A stretch of 64,000 nucleotides of DNA from Glaucostegus cemiculus (GCA_976551045.1 CDPCPM010000091.1:9858001-9922000), one strand, 5' to 3'; shown: positions 38,591-52,700, counted from the stretch's first letter. The notes: generated by a model from the letters alone, not told the origin. Made by a program: numbers and translations.

Positions 38591-41500
38591 AATTCAGTAA
38601 TTGATGGCAGAAATGTGGTTTTAGAAGTTCACTCATTTTCCCCACACTTGATATGTAATTTTGCACAAAAAGCACCAATTATTGAAGTACTCTACATTAT
38701 TGATATTAAAAACATTGAACTTGCCAAAAAATTATGATGTTGTAGATACAGTGTGAATTCTGAGATATTGCTGAAATAGCCCACCATTTCTATTTCCCTG
38801 AGGGATATACATCCGCAGGATGACAGACCCAGATGGGAATAACTCTGTAAACAAAGGAAAATACATTTAATAATGACTTGTTTATAAAAATTGAAACCAA
38901 CAGCTTGTGCAATTGATTAATTGAATATCTATGGCGCTACAAGAAATTAGCCAATCATGCTGGTAAATTACTTTTATTTATGCAGATTTAGTGCATCTCA
39001 CTAACCACATCTTGATAAAGGAAGCATTCATTCTCAGCTGGATATCAGATCACTCAGTCAGGAACCATAACAACTTGGTGGGAAATTAATTCACTTCAGA
39101 GGCCAATCAGCAGGGCTCAGTGGGAAAATGGTCAGCAGAATCTTTTATGGATGTCCATAACTACTGAATTGGAACAAAGCACATGTACATAGCAAAGTCA
39201 CAGGCAATCATTTTCACTAATAGTTTTGAGTTAAAGCACTTGCACTGGTTTTAATATTGAGCACAAATCTTTTAAGCTGTGAAACAATTTAGGTTTTATT
39301 ACATCCTTGTGTTCTTTTCCAGGCCAATTTAGCTAAGATTTCTGGGGCCTGTTTTCAGTAACAATGTTGTAACTGAAGCAGTCTATTTTCAGTAATATTC
39401 TACACAACTCTCATACAAAATAATAGACAGGGTTTTTGAAGGCTTTACCGCAACAAGGACTTTAGTTGACATTCTTAACCATGAGAGTAATATGTAAATG
39501 GCTTCTAAATCCCAAATAAATCTTAAATTGTGTTAGCTTCTTTAATTTTTATCTATTTTCAGCTCTATACAAGATTGTTATGCATGAGTTATAGCAATAA
39601 GACAAGAATTGATAAGAAAACATGGGCAAGATTCACAGAAACAAAGTGCTACAGACACTCCAATTTAGTCTAAATACATTTATTGTTTTTGATGAGATGG
39701 ACAGATAGGCTGTCAAGTACAGTTGTTAATTATTTCAGGTTTACAGAAGTGTGATAATCAATCTGCTGTAACATTGTTATTTAAAAAAAAGGCAATTCTA
39801 ATGTGATCTGGATAGAAAATAAATATATTTATTCCAAAAATCATTCAAGAATATAATTCAAGTCATTTGGAAAGTCTGCCAGACAGTGAGCATACATGAT
39901 GCATATGTATGTGCAACCTGGTTGGATCTGCATGATTAATATTACTTGATATGAGCATTCAAAATTAAAACAGAAATAAATGGAGGGGAACAATGGTCAC
40001 ATTTGTACTATTTGTTTCCATACCTTGCCACCAGAGGTACATTTTACTCACGGAGCAAGAGGTGAGCTTACTTTTGAATGCTTTATAAAGATGTCAAAAG
40101 CTCAAAAATGTATCATATTCCTGACCACAAGGTCACATGGGTCCAATTCAGTACAAATAGCATAGAAAGAATACTCATTCATTTTGGTGAAATCCAGAAT
40201 ATCTTATGCAAGACATAATTTGTTTCAACCACTGTCTGTGGCATATTGGTGGCCAATGAGCATAATGTCTGAATACAGTCTTCAGTTGTCTCCACATTCA
40301 GTGTAAGAGGGTTTTACAAGAGCTGTTACAAAGTAGTCCACCTTTTGATGTTGAGTGACAGAGGAGAGGATATTTCTGAGAAGTAATGCACTGACCTTTA
40401 TTTGAACATTTAATAATAATTTATTTGTTTTTTAAATTAAAATCATATTAAGTTAAATACTTACTGAGAGTAAATGAGTGAAATGTTTCATCTAAACAAT
40501 GTTAATTTTGTTCCTTTGTTATATAAAAAATAATAAACCAAATCATCAACCAAAGCAGGCATTGTTCTTGCTCAGAAATATTCAATGACCTACCTTAACC
40601 AAAATGTATTGAATTTCAATTGTTCATTCATCTTCACAGTTGTATTTTGAACAAACTATTGTGATTGTCAGGATAAATAATTTTTGTACAAACAGGCTAT
40701 CTCTATTCCTTTCCTTTCCAGGATGCATCATATGTAGGATATTTCTTTCATCTTGCCTAATAAGTTATCCTATGGTTCTTTTTTTAAACAAGAGGTCACT
40801 AATAAGCATTGAAACAAATCAAATTATCATTGTGGTAACATTAAAAGAATAACAAGATTTCAAAAGGAAATAGCAGACCCTAGTTAAAGTAGTATAGATC
40901 CTTAAGAACTACAAGGAAAGACTCTTTCATTATTAGGTACATGTTAAGAGAACCTAATGATATACTTTGGGAGATTATGTCTGAACATTTATCATAGCTC
41001 TCCCCTTATTTTCCCACTATGTTCACAGATTGCAGATGTTGTTGTGTAGGCTAGCATTTAGTACCTAAGCCCAATTTCTCCTGAGCAGAATGGCTTGCCG
41101 GAATATTTCAGAGGGCAGTTAAAAGTCAAACATCTCTGAAACCTATTTTCTTTGCAACTGAGATTAACTTCAGTTGATTGTGTTAAAGGGCTGTGTGCCT
41201 AACTTTTGGCCTAATTTTACCTCTAGAGCCTTTATGTAATGCCATTTAGTAAAGAATTACTACAATTAAAACTAATCAGTGTACAACACGGACTCTTATA
41301 GTAGTAGTTCCGGCCAATTATAAATGTAAAATGCCATTGAGGAGAATGAAAAGAACTAGTGGTTCAGGGTGAAATGTTGGTGTTCTAGATGTATTTATCC
41401 AATATAATGCTGAACATATAACTCTAAGGAGAACCCATGTTTCTTATTCTCATCTTGGTCTGGTTTGCTAAAGTAATCAAAATTCTTGCTTTGAATTTTT

Positions 41501-41667
41501 ATGTGTTAGTAAAATAAGACAGCAAATACTCGAACTTTACAGAATGAAAGGAAAGATGGACCTTTGTGTTTGAAGAGATGACATGCCATGCACAATGAGG
41601 AGGTTTGTGTTACAAGTATCCCAGAGTTCTAGTACAGCCTTTAAACAATCAGCTGTTCAAGCCTGGT

Positions 41668-42076
41668 TGTCATGATTCTGAGTACTGGCCCTTGATTTGG
41701 TTCCTTAGATGCCTCGTTGTACAGCACATGGATTCCATGCTGGACTGATTGCATAATGACACACACCTGAGCCCCATCAGGGGCCTAGCATAAGTACCTG
41801 GGTTTCTCTAGCACTAGTTGCCAGAGGATTGGTCAACCTTGAAGATTCAGTTTGGTTCTTAGCTGCTTAGAGTGGTCTACTCCAGAGCACTCCTGTGTTC
41901 TCTAGTCCTGCTTGAAGATTCAGTTTGTGTTGGGATTACTACTCAGATCTCTGAGGCCAGATTTCCTTCTGGTGTTGCCTGCCTCTGATCCTGAGGAAGT
42001 ATCCTGACTCCAGTCTTGTACTAGTGTGCTGCATTTGGGTTCTCTGTGATCTTGCTCTTCAATCAACATCATGACA
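41668..42076 (+). mobile_element. Solo LTR copy 2 (409 bp)
   Basis: TGTCA...TGACA; TSD CTGGT; reverse complement of copies 1 and 3. Confidence 0.87.
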
Positions 42077-42949
42077 CTGGTAACTTCTGAATTCCAAATT
42101 GTAAAAGTGTCACACCTTGTGCTTTTTGTCAATACTCTAAAAACTCCCCATGGTGTTTGAGGAGACTTGATAGAAGCACAAAATGTACACTTTTACAATT
42201 TGGTGCAATTCAGAAGTTACCAAGCTCAAATTGTGTATTGTTTCAAGGTTTTACTGGAAATACGGGATCCTGTGCAGACTGGTCTCCAGACAGATTAACT
42301 GAGTGTCAATGTAGCTTCAAGCCTCCATTTCCATTCTCACTTTTCAATCTTTCCAGATTTATTTTCTAATGCCTCCTTGGGAGATTTCAGAATTAGTAGT
42401 TGCATGTTGATAGTACTAGAAAATAATTAATTGGTCCATGTTTTGTTGCTTGCTTTACACTACTTTTCAGTGAAAGACAAGAGTTTGTTGAGCAGTAATT
42501 TTATATATATCTGGCAGAAAATAACATGAATGCTTTGTGATCCAGTTTGCTCCCTCTCTTATCCCACTTTATCTGTCTCTCCTGAAATTCTATGTTTTCT
42601 CCTGCAATATTAGGATCCACGATATTGCCCAAGGAGTGGATGGAGGAAAAGTTTCCTTCATATCAATGAACAGAAGAGAATAAGTTTAATGTGATTTTTT
42701 TTTTTAAAGAATGAAACTATTGGCAGAAAACTATTGAACTCAAGGGGGAAAATTATGCCCCAGCAAGGAAATGCAGAATAAAAGGTGGGAAAATGTGAAG
42801 TGGAAAGCAATGATACTGACCAGAAAGTATGATCCACTTTTCACCTCCTCCTTTACAACCTTTAATCTGCTATAGATCAACATTGTTCAAAATTCAAACC
42901 CATTTCACTCTTCTGCACTAGTTAAAAGGCCACTTTCCAGACGCTGACT

Positions 42950-44800
42950 AAAAGTGGGTGAGGGTTTTGGAGTAATGAAGGCTATGCCACAGACTGATAC
43001 ACGTGCACTCATGCAGTGACAGATTCTGTCATCAGGACATAAGCAGCATGTTGGGTGCACACTGGGGGGCTGGATGAGATGCAAGAATGGAAAAGCTTTA
43101 ATCCATGCCCGCTCTTACCAATATGCCTTCCACACTCCCCTGATTGTAATGATCTGTTGAGCACTTTGTAGTACATTCATACAGAGCTGAATAGCCAAGA
43201 CCAGAGAATGATGCATCCTATAGAAGGTGGCATTTATAGAGTGGAAGTCCTCCCTAAGGGCTAGCATTCCCCTGTGTGATGAACATGTTCCATGGAAGAG
43301 CCATTGTTCTTGGAGAAAGACACGGTTGCAAAAGCCTGCAACATCATGTCATCACTGCTTGCATCTCTGCCAACATGCATGGTGTGCCAAGGATGCCTGG
43401 CATTGTGTCACACATTCTTTGATGCTTCTACATTAGTTTCCAATTAGTTAATAGTTCCAGAAGCACATGTGTAGTTGAACAGAGTTAAGGGGTTGCTCCT
43501 ACATTGGTGCTGGATTTCCTCCACTGCCTCTATCATTTGCTATGGTTTTCATGAAAACCCAACAGTTTTTCTTTCTGCATCCAGTCCAATGTGAGTCTCT
43601 ATTCTGGTGCATGGTAAGAATGGCTCCTATGGCAGAACACCCTCAGAACAGGGAAACATTATTGTTTTCTCATTCATCTGACAGGTTGGATGAAAGCTCT
43701 GGTGGAGACTAAATATATGAACTATCATGATAAAAATGCTGAAGATTATTGTTATGCTCATAACCATAATTCATTGCAATCTTCAAATCCAGGTGAGTTA
43801 ATGTTGATATGAAATAAGTAATTGTCACAGTGTTGATTGAAGAGCAAGCTCACAGAGAACCCAAATGCGGCACACTGGTACAAGACTGGAGTGAGGATAC
43901 TTCCTCAGGACCGGACACAGGCAACACTGGAAGGAATCTTGCCTCGGAGATCTGAGTAGTAATCCCAACACAAACTGAATCTTCAAGCAGGACTAGAGAA
44001 CGCAGGACTGCTCTAGAGTAGACCACTCTAAGCAGCAAGGAGCCAAAGGTTGACCAATCCTCTGGCAACTAGTGCTAGAGAAACCCAGGTATTTATGCTA
44101 GGCCCCTGATAGGGCTCAGGTGTGTGTCATTGTGCAATCAGTCCAGCATGGAATCCATGTGCTGTACAACGAGGCATCTAAGGAACCAAATCAAGGGCCA
44201 GTACTCAGAATCATGACAGTAATAGAGTTCTGTCACTAGGTATCTGTGAGATTCCATCTCTGTTGGCCATGCATGACAACATTCTGGTAACCACCAGAAG
44301 AACCTCTTCTGCAGGTGTTAATTGTGAGATGGCTAAGGAGCTCCATTTCACTGTCTCTCCTTTTGTGTTCTATGCTCGCTACCCTTGCAAGGACACAAGG
44401 TAGAGACCAATAAGTAAGAGCAATGGCGTGCTGTCATGTATGGAAAACAATTGAAAAGGTAGCTTTGAGGGAGAGGCATGACATTGCATAAAGTTGAGGG
44501 CCAGCAGTGGGGGCATGAGGTGGAACAGAGAGAGTGAAGGATTGGTTTGCCCATGGAGTGAGATAATGCAAGAAAAGTAATCTACTGGAACAGGCATTAT
44601 AGGGAAGAATAAGGGCCTGAAGCAATACTCACATCCAAATGTACATGTGTTGGAATTCATTTTACTTCATCTGAAGAGCCACTGCTTGTGGCACTGATTG
44701 CAGAGACAAGGACCCTGTTGCTTACGTCTATGGCAGCCTTCCACCACACCCCTTTACTATCACCAAAGGACTCTTCCCTCCCCTCAGCCCTCGTTCCTCA
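42950..44800 (-). mobile_element. Probable PIF/Harbinger transposase relic, fragmented
   Basis: Minus-strand LALNF (about 44485-44505) and FHSINA (about 43228-43246) occur in the expected order. Confidence 0.4.
43823..44218 (-). mobile_element. Solo LTR copy 3 (396 bp)
   Basis: TGTCA...TGACA; TSD GTAAT. Confidence 0.87.
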
Positions 44801-46730
44801 GCAACAGCAATCATTAACTCTTGGTGAAGCATTGGTTTGTCTGCTGTCAAATGTCTAGCTTCTTAGCATGGTATACTGAAGCCAGAATTTAGAAACCTTC
44901 AAATGTCATTCATTTAATATGACTTTATTGGGCAGCTGAGATGGAGTTGTGTGTGTCATCATTGTGTTGGCTCAGTGTAATTGGTCAAGAATGCCAAAAA
45001 TAATATGTAACTGCATTAAAGAGGTTTTGATGAATCTAATGCAGATCGGCCCCTCTTCACCCAACACACCTCTTCACCAAAGCCACTCAACCCTACCACA
45101 AGCTCCTCAGGAGATTAAAACTCCATCCTCAGTCTTGGTTATATAGTACACAGCACTGTAGTGAAATTCAAACTCATGATAACAGGGAAGTCACAGTTTT
45201 AGTTCTGATGAACTTTCTGCTTACTTAAATCAGTCTAAATTTGACCTCTGACTTCGGATCACCTTCCTGTTTCTTGGGCAGCAGATAAGATTCCCACTGA
45301 AAGTGTTACTCATTTTAATTTTCAGTCATTTAAAATAATATAAATTTATTATCACACTTATTCTTAGTGTTCATAGAGAGCTGTTAGATGATGTCATACC
45401 TCAGTATAAAATATTGTAGAATTTACACAGGTCATAACTAATATTAAATAAATAAATTATCCATAATGTTGACATTTTTATGAACTTTTTGAGATATTGC
45501 ACCACAGGTTATGTAATCTTTTCCAAAATATGTTCCAAACCATAACATCACTGATTCTACATCTCACTTGCAATGAGTTACCTAGATTTACAATAATTTG
45601 TTGATCTGTTGCAATTCTCTGTGCTGTTATTAAGAATATTGGTGTTAAATATTTAAACACTTGAGAAATTCTTATAAATACATAAATCCTTATTTATTTG
45701 GCAATGAAGGAGCAAAAAAAAGTATAACTTATCATTATTAGATTTGGACTACACATTGCAGGTACCAAGAAATGATAACAATAAATAAAATGGAAGCTTC
45801 TATATATCAATCTTAGCACATGGTCAAATGGAAATAAGTTTTTAAATGGTGACAGAGCTGACAACTTGAAGGTATTTTTTCAAGCTTCCTAAATGAAAAT
45901 CCATGAAACAATGCAATCAGCAATAATGTATTCCAAAGTCTACATTTTTTGGGAACACAGACCATTTATACTTAGATTTAGCACTACTTGGAACATCACT
46001 TCACAACATAATAACATGTTCCCCAATGTAAGCAGGAGATGCTGAAAATGCTTAGCTTGTCAGGTGGCATCTGCAGGGGAAGAAACAAATTTCAGGCCAA
46101 TAATCTTTAAACAGAATTTGTTTTTGAGATGCAGAAAGGAAGGGAAGGATAAGAGAGAGACCAAAGGAAATGGTTTGTGATAGGGCAAAATGCAGGACAG
46201 CCAGAAAACAAAGCTAATTGGACAAGTGCATAAATAAACAATAGTTCTAGAGAGGATGAAAATGCTTTTCTGTAATTGCAAAGGAGATGTAAAGACCTGT
46301 AGGAGGAGAATCTTTTTAACAGAAGGTTCCAGATGAGGAGAATATTTCACGACAAGAAAAAAAGGAACAGAACAGATCAGCACAAAGTTCTCACAGCTGG
46401 AAGGCAGATTGCACCATTTTTTAAGTCCTTTTATGTGAGGTGGCTGTCACTGGCAAGGCCATCATGTATTGTCCATCCCTGATTGCCCTTGAAGTAGCCG
46501 TACTAAGCGTTTCAAAAAGCTGCAATCAACCACATTGGAAACCGGATCAGGAACCATGTCAGATTTTCTTCACTGAAGGCTGTTAGTGAATCAGATTGTG
46601 CAAATGTGTGTCATAGATTGCCATTAAGCAAGTAAGAAGAAGAGTGGCAAGTACATTTCAGTGTTGGAAGTACGTTTCAGTGTGGGAAATGTGAAGTTAT
46701 CTATTTTGGATACAAGAGATAAAATTACAA

Positions 46731-47010
46731 TAAGATTTCTTTATTAGTCACATGTACATCAAAACACACAGTGAAATACATCTTTTTTGTTTAGAGTATT
46801 CTGGAGGCAGCCCACAAGTATCGCCACACATCCTGCACCAATATGGCATGCCCACAGCTCCTAACCTGTCTGTATTTGGACTGTGAGAGGAAACTAGAGC
46901 ACCCGAAGGAAACCCACACAGACACTGGGAGAACGCACAAACTCCCTACAGACAGTGGCTGGAATTGAACCCGGGTCACTGGTGCTAGAATAGTGTTGTG
47001 CTAACCACTA
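46731..47010 (-). mobile_element. V-SINE with Rex-Babar-type 3' tail
   Basis: B-box ggttcaattcc and V-domain on the minus strand; tail tttattagtcacatgtacatc..acagtgaaa resembles the Rex tails at 31338 and 37682. Confidence 0.8.
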
Positions 47011-47059
47011 AGTTGTGAGAGACAAGAAACTATGATGAGCAATTGGATTACTGTGTCTA

Positions 47060-47765
47060 AGTAACTAATAACTAAAAGCATTCATTAAATAGGTTACTGT
47101 TTTTTACATCAAGCTTTTACCAGACCATATCTGGAGTATCTCATTCATCACTACACATTAGGAAAGATAAATTGATTTTGGAGAGGTTCAAATGTTAACT
47201 AATCAAAATTATTCCAAGCTTTAAATGGTTGAATTAAGAGGACATTGTATTAATGAGGTTTGTACTTCCTTGAATTTCAAGGCTAAGCTATGAGTCAATT
47301 GTTGCTTCCAATGGTTAAAGAAACAGTCAAGTTTTCCACCCAGGAATGCTGGAGAGGCTAGAGAGATTTGGTCTGTATTCCTTGGAGTTTAGGAGAATGA
47401 ACGGTAACCTTATTCAAACATATAAGATCCTAAGGGAACTTGACAGGGTAGATGTTGAGATGTTTCCACTTGTGGGAGAGTCAGGAACATAGCTGCAAAA
47501 TAAGGGGTCAGCCATTTAATACTACAGTGCATTAAAATTTCTTCCCTTGGAGGGTAATGAAACACTGCAACTCAGAGGGTGGTCGAGGCCAGATCATTTG
47601 AAATAGTTAAAATAGAGATAAGTATTTGAAAGATCCAGGAATTGAGGGTCATAGGGAACTGGCACAGAAGGGGAGTTGAGACCAGCATAGATCAACCTTG
47701 ATCATATTGAATGGTGGGTCAGGCTTGAGGGGCTTGGTGGCTTATTCCTGCTCCTTGTTTTTGTA
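47060..47765 (+). mobile_element. Old CR1 fragments
   Basis: agaccatatctggagta; ttggagtttaggagaatga; gaatggtgggtcaggcttgagggg tail. Confidence 0.75.
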
Positions 47766-49890
47766 TACTTGTCAATTGCCTTCCCAATGGATTTGTATGC
47801 TTGGTCCTTTAAAGATTGAAACTGAGGTTTATATTCAGAAAGTACTGTATACCCAGGATAGGGATTCAAAAGCATGTAAATGAATTTGAAGTACAGATCT
47901 AATTAAATGATTCAAGATCTTCATGTGGCTGAATGGTTCACCCTTGCTGTTACATTTGAACAAAAAGATTACACATCCAGCAAATTCACTGTGAACAGAA
48001 TGCAAACGGAGAAGCCATGAACTATTTCTGTTCAGTCAGTCAAGGTTAAACTGAAACTGTACAGCATACTTCTCACTGTGATGTGCAGAAGGCAGCTGCA
48101 GTACAGCAACTTGATGCTACACGTTGGGAACACAATGAGGTGCTTAAGGAAAATTTGGAAAGACATGACACTTCTAGCTTTTTATCTGAGTATTAACCAA
48201 TCAAATATTCCCAGAAACTAATATGATTTTATCAAAATAAACATTTTCCCCATTTCTTGAATGCTTCAGCACACATTCCAGCAGTTCTGTTCATTTAATA
48301 AAGGCACACGTCTATGGATTTTCTTTTTAGTCTGCCATCAGTATGAGTTTAGCAGTTAGCCTAACACGCAGAAATGTGGGGTGAGCATTTCAGGAAAATA
48401 ATCATCCTCACAAATTTATTTGGCAGTTTATTCTGTACTTGATTTCTTTTATTAACTCAGCTCTAATACAGTCTTACAGTTATTACACCATGTATTGTAT
48501 CACTTCAAGGGTAATATAATCATTGCACAGAAAATTAAACCCAAATACTAATCAAAATCCATGTACTTCTTATAACAAAACCTTTTTATTGCAATCAGTA
48601 TTAATAACCCTCTTCATTTTTTTAAGTTACACATTATTTGCAATTGCAAGACATTGTTTAGCAAGCAAATAAACAATCTACATTGATTCAGAGATGCTTG
48701 AAATGGGTGCAAATCTCAAGGGTAAAGCTTTGCAAAAGAGCTTCTTGCTGCATTTCTCAAAGAATTCCAGGGCTGTGCTTCTCACTTTGTCTCCATTTGT
48801 TTTCCCTAAGTATTGGCTAAATATTTCTCAAAAATGGCCTCTATACATTTACATCCTTTCTCCAATTTATAATTCACATTTTTAGAAAGCTTTCAGAGCT
48901 TATTTATTATTAGTCTTAATAGGGTTTAATAATTAACATCTTGCCTGTAGCAAAAATTCATCGAAAATATAGGGGCAGGAGTTGCAAATTAGTTACCCTC
49001 CCTTTTCCTGTTCTCTGAATTCTTCTGGCCTCTGGATAAACCTCTCAGGTCTGTTTTCATCCTCTTCTTTGACTCTGCTTTATCTCTGCTAAGTGATTTT
49101 TCTATGCTCTTCCAAACAAAATTCTCCTTTGAAATAAATAATAAGCAGTATCTAAACACAAATGTTGTCCCTGAGTCTCATATAAGAAAGAGTTACAGTC
49201 TTCTAGTTACTAGCATACACTTATCAAAAAAGCAGTAATATAAATGCAACCCATCCTTTGGTATAGTGATGAGCTAATGATTACATAAGACTTGTACTGT
49301 TTTCATGAAATTTCCAGCTACTCACCTTTCACACATGAAGACAGGTTATCAGTGAGGAACACTGTAAAATTGCAGGTTCAGGAAATCTATCTAATTCCTT
49401 TGATGGTGTATGAATTCAGTTTCTCTGAAGTACTTGAATCCAATGTGCTTTTTTTCACTTACTCAACTAGTGTGCTCTTTAATAATCAGGAACATTAAAT
49501 TCTGTCATATGACATCATTTCAGTTGATGTTCAATTTTGCAAAATTACTTTTGTTGTAATAATCACAACAGCTGGAATGACTTCACAGTTTAGGAATCAG
49601 TATGCCTTATTTTAGAGGTTTGTAAGACAAACATACCTTAGATCAAAATAAAATACTGTACATAATTATTTCTGAGCTGTGAGTTAAATATATATTTTTC
49701 TGCCTCTCTTCAACAAATGCCAACCTCATCAGCTATCTGCCAAGCATGGATAAAAGTGCTTTAATCTTTGGTTAAAGAATAGTTTCAAAAATGTTAACAC
49801 CTTTCAAAGTTAAATAGAAGCTAAATCCAATAGCTCTTGAATATTGCAGTGTGTGCTTACCCTACTTGGTTATTGGCGTGTAGTCTCCAA

Positions 49891-50457
49891 AATCAGAATC
49901 AGATTTATTATCACTGACTTTTATGTCATGGTTTGTTGTTTTGCGACACCAGTACAGTGCAAAGACATAAAATTACTGTAAATTACAAAATAAATAAATA
50001 GTGCAAGAGAAAGAGAATAAAGAAGTTGTGTTCATGGGTTCATGGACCTTCCAGAATTCTTCTGGCAGAGGGGAAAGAAGCTGTTCCTAAATCACTGAGT
50101 GTGGGTCTTCAGGTTCCTGTATCTCCTCCCCAATAGTAGTAATGAGAAGAGGGCATGTCCCAGATGGTGTGTGTCTTTAGTCATGGATGCCCCCTTCTTG
50201 AGGCACCGCTTCTTGAAGATGGCCTCGATGGTGGGGAGGGTTGTGCCCATGATGGAACTGGCTGAGTCTACAACCCGCTGCAGCCTCTTGCGATCCTGTG
50301 CATTGGAACCTCCGTACCGGGCTGTGATGCACCCAGTCACAATGCTCTCTACCGTACAACTTTAAAAATTGCAAGAGTCTTTGGTGACATATCAAATCTC
50401 CTCAAACCCCTAACAAGGTAGAGCTGCTGGTGTGCCTCCTCCCTGATTGCATCAATA
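49891..50457 (-). mobile_element. Rex-Babar LINE 3' fragment
   Basis: TGCITARYGGSNAQDRKRLQRVV..HHLGHALFSLLLLGRRY; (CTGATT)n tail. Confidence 0.9.
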
Positions 50458-51504
50458 CATCCAACTATAATTGTTATTGTATTCCCCCAGTAATAAACAT
50501 ACTGTTCATTGTCTAGCACTTTTTCTGAGGGGTTTTTCTATATTGTGAATGCCTGACATTAATCAAAGCTGGTCTGTGCTGCTTAAGTGCTGCCTACCAC
50601 ATTTAAAGGGGAGGCGCATTCTGTTTGGAGAAGGTGATGGTACTCATTGTTCAACAAGAGCTAGCCCAGGAAACTTTAAAGAAAAAGTAAACACTGAGCT
50701 GCTGGCCTTGACGGAAGATTTACGGATAAGGAGAAACATCCTTGATGTGCAAGGAGTAAGACACACTCAAAGGCAGTGGAATTAGATGATTAGGGAGATC
50801 AGTGTTAGGAGTTAAGCCCCAAGAACCTAGACACAGTGTTGTTATAATCTCAGTGGCCTCACACCAGCAGTCATGGTCAGGAATCGATCTTTAATTACTG
50901 CATTTTATTGCCTCTACCACTAACTTAAGGCTCTGCCAAAATTTGTATGGCCATCCCTCTCCCACAACCAGATCTCTCATAATCAGGACTCATGCCAAAC
51001 ATGTACCACAGCCTTAAACTCTGACGAATGCTATAGGTCTTTTATTTACCTCTTAGAACATACTCACATAGTTAATACTTTTTTGGCAAGGGAAACACTT
51101 ATTGCCCATCCCGAACTGCTCCTGCCAAAATACCTTGGCCAGACCATTTCAGCAAACCATGTAACTGAGGCTCTGGAGTCACAGACATTGGTAACTCACT
51201 TACTGTTCAGGATGTGTTCCCTGGAAGACTGCACCTTCCACACAAGCACCAGGAGATGATGAGAGAGTTTGTAGGATCTGGGTGATCTATCATTACATGG
51301 AGCAGTCCCCAGCAATGGCCCCCACTCACTGTGCCAGCCAGGGTGCAGCCCAAACCCCATGTCTCAGTGCTGAGCAGCCTTGTGGTGTGTGTTTTCAGGC
51401 TTTTATATCTTTCCCCCTTTTATCGGGCAGAAGATCCAGGATCCTGTATCAATACAGGATACAGGAACTTGTATTCCAATACCAACACATGCACCATGAG
51501 GTGC

Positions 51505-51725
51505 ACAGTTAGGTTGAATGCACACAATCTTTTTCCCGGGTTTGGGGAATCAAGAACTAGAGGACAAAGGTTTAGGGTGAGGGGGAAAAATTTAATACGA
51601 ACTTGAGGAGCAACTTTTTCACCCGGAGGATGGCCCATATATGGCTGTCAGAGGAAGTGGTTGAGGCAGGTGCTTCGACAATATTTAAAAGGCACTTGGA
51701 TAGTAACATGGATGGAAAAGGTTTC
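51505..51725 (+). mobile_element. CR1 3' fragment
   Basis: LFPGFGESRTRGQRFRVRG; short continuation near 51870-51900. Confidence 0.85.
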
Positions 51726-51870
51726 AGAATCAGAATCAGAATCAATGTTATTGTCACTTCCATATACACATTCAGCATGCATGGAAGCGAAATACCGTAC
51801 TCCACAGATCAAGGTGCTGGTCACATTAAAAACAATGAGAGACACTAAGACAAAAAGACATTAACAACAT
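51726..51870 (-). mobile_element. Very short Rex-Babar tail nested in CR1
   Basis: (AGAATC)n then ttattgtcac; reverse complement resembles 60470-60600. Confidence 0.75.
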
Positions 51871-52079
51871 TGGAAATAGGACTAGCTTAAATGGGAATTT
51901 GGTTCAACTACAAATAAACAAAAATGAATGTAGGTAGCAACACGTTAATTAGTCCACATTAAGTAAATCTACGCAAAAAATAAACTCAGCTGAACTTAAC
52001 ATTTTATGGTCAAATGACAGCATTGCCACTTGGATACTAACCATGGTTGAGGAAAAGATGAGAAGCCAGATACAAAATG

Positions 52080-52700
52080 CACCTGACCTATCAATTCAGT
52101 GCACTTCAGAGCCACCACTGGACTCAGTCATGTAGCAGATGGGCGGTTAGATGACATTATATCTCGAGTGCATTCCATGATCTGTGCTCCAGTCTGAAAA
52201 TGCACTGAACGGCAGGAGGCAGAGATCACCTACAGATATCATGCCCAATATTTCTGTACCCAGAATTTTTAGACAGTTGATAGCTTGCTCACTTAGAATG
52301 AAACACCAAAGAAAAATAACTCGCATTGCATTCTTTGGATCCACATTTGCAGAAAGTCCCCAGTGATTCAACATTCTGGGCTTTTTTAGATTGTTACTTT
52401 CCATTTTATTAAAGGCCTCCTGACCTACATCAGTCCCATGCATCTACTTGATCCACAGTTGTCAAAGAATTCTGAAAAAAATGCAATCTGCTTCTTCATA
52501 TTTCCTCTCTAGGCTGGCCTCTGGGTAGTTTTGCCCTTCAGTTATCCTTAGCATCTGCAGATGGTACTTGATATTCTTAGAGTGACTCGTTGAGCCATCA
52601 AAGAGCCCACTTCTTCGAAGTTTGTACCTACTTTTTCTGTTCTAGACCACTGAAAAATATTTAGGGATCATGATATCTCTCTTATATTTTGCGTTAAAGC
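52080..52700 (-). mobile_element. Possible ancient RTE-type relic
   Basis: ORF 52147-52443(-) ..QEAFNKM.. weakly resembles the RTE post-RT region. Confidence 0.3.

Noticed and set aside
41668-44218. A single DNA transposon with 400-bp terminal inverted repeats
   Set aside because: Each repeat has its own TSD (CTGGT, GTAAT); the outer flanks do not match each other.
35558-44218. A full-length LTR retrotransposon between same-orientation copies 1 and 3
   Set aside because: Separate TSDs, and the interior has no gag/pol, only CR1, Rex and unique DNA.
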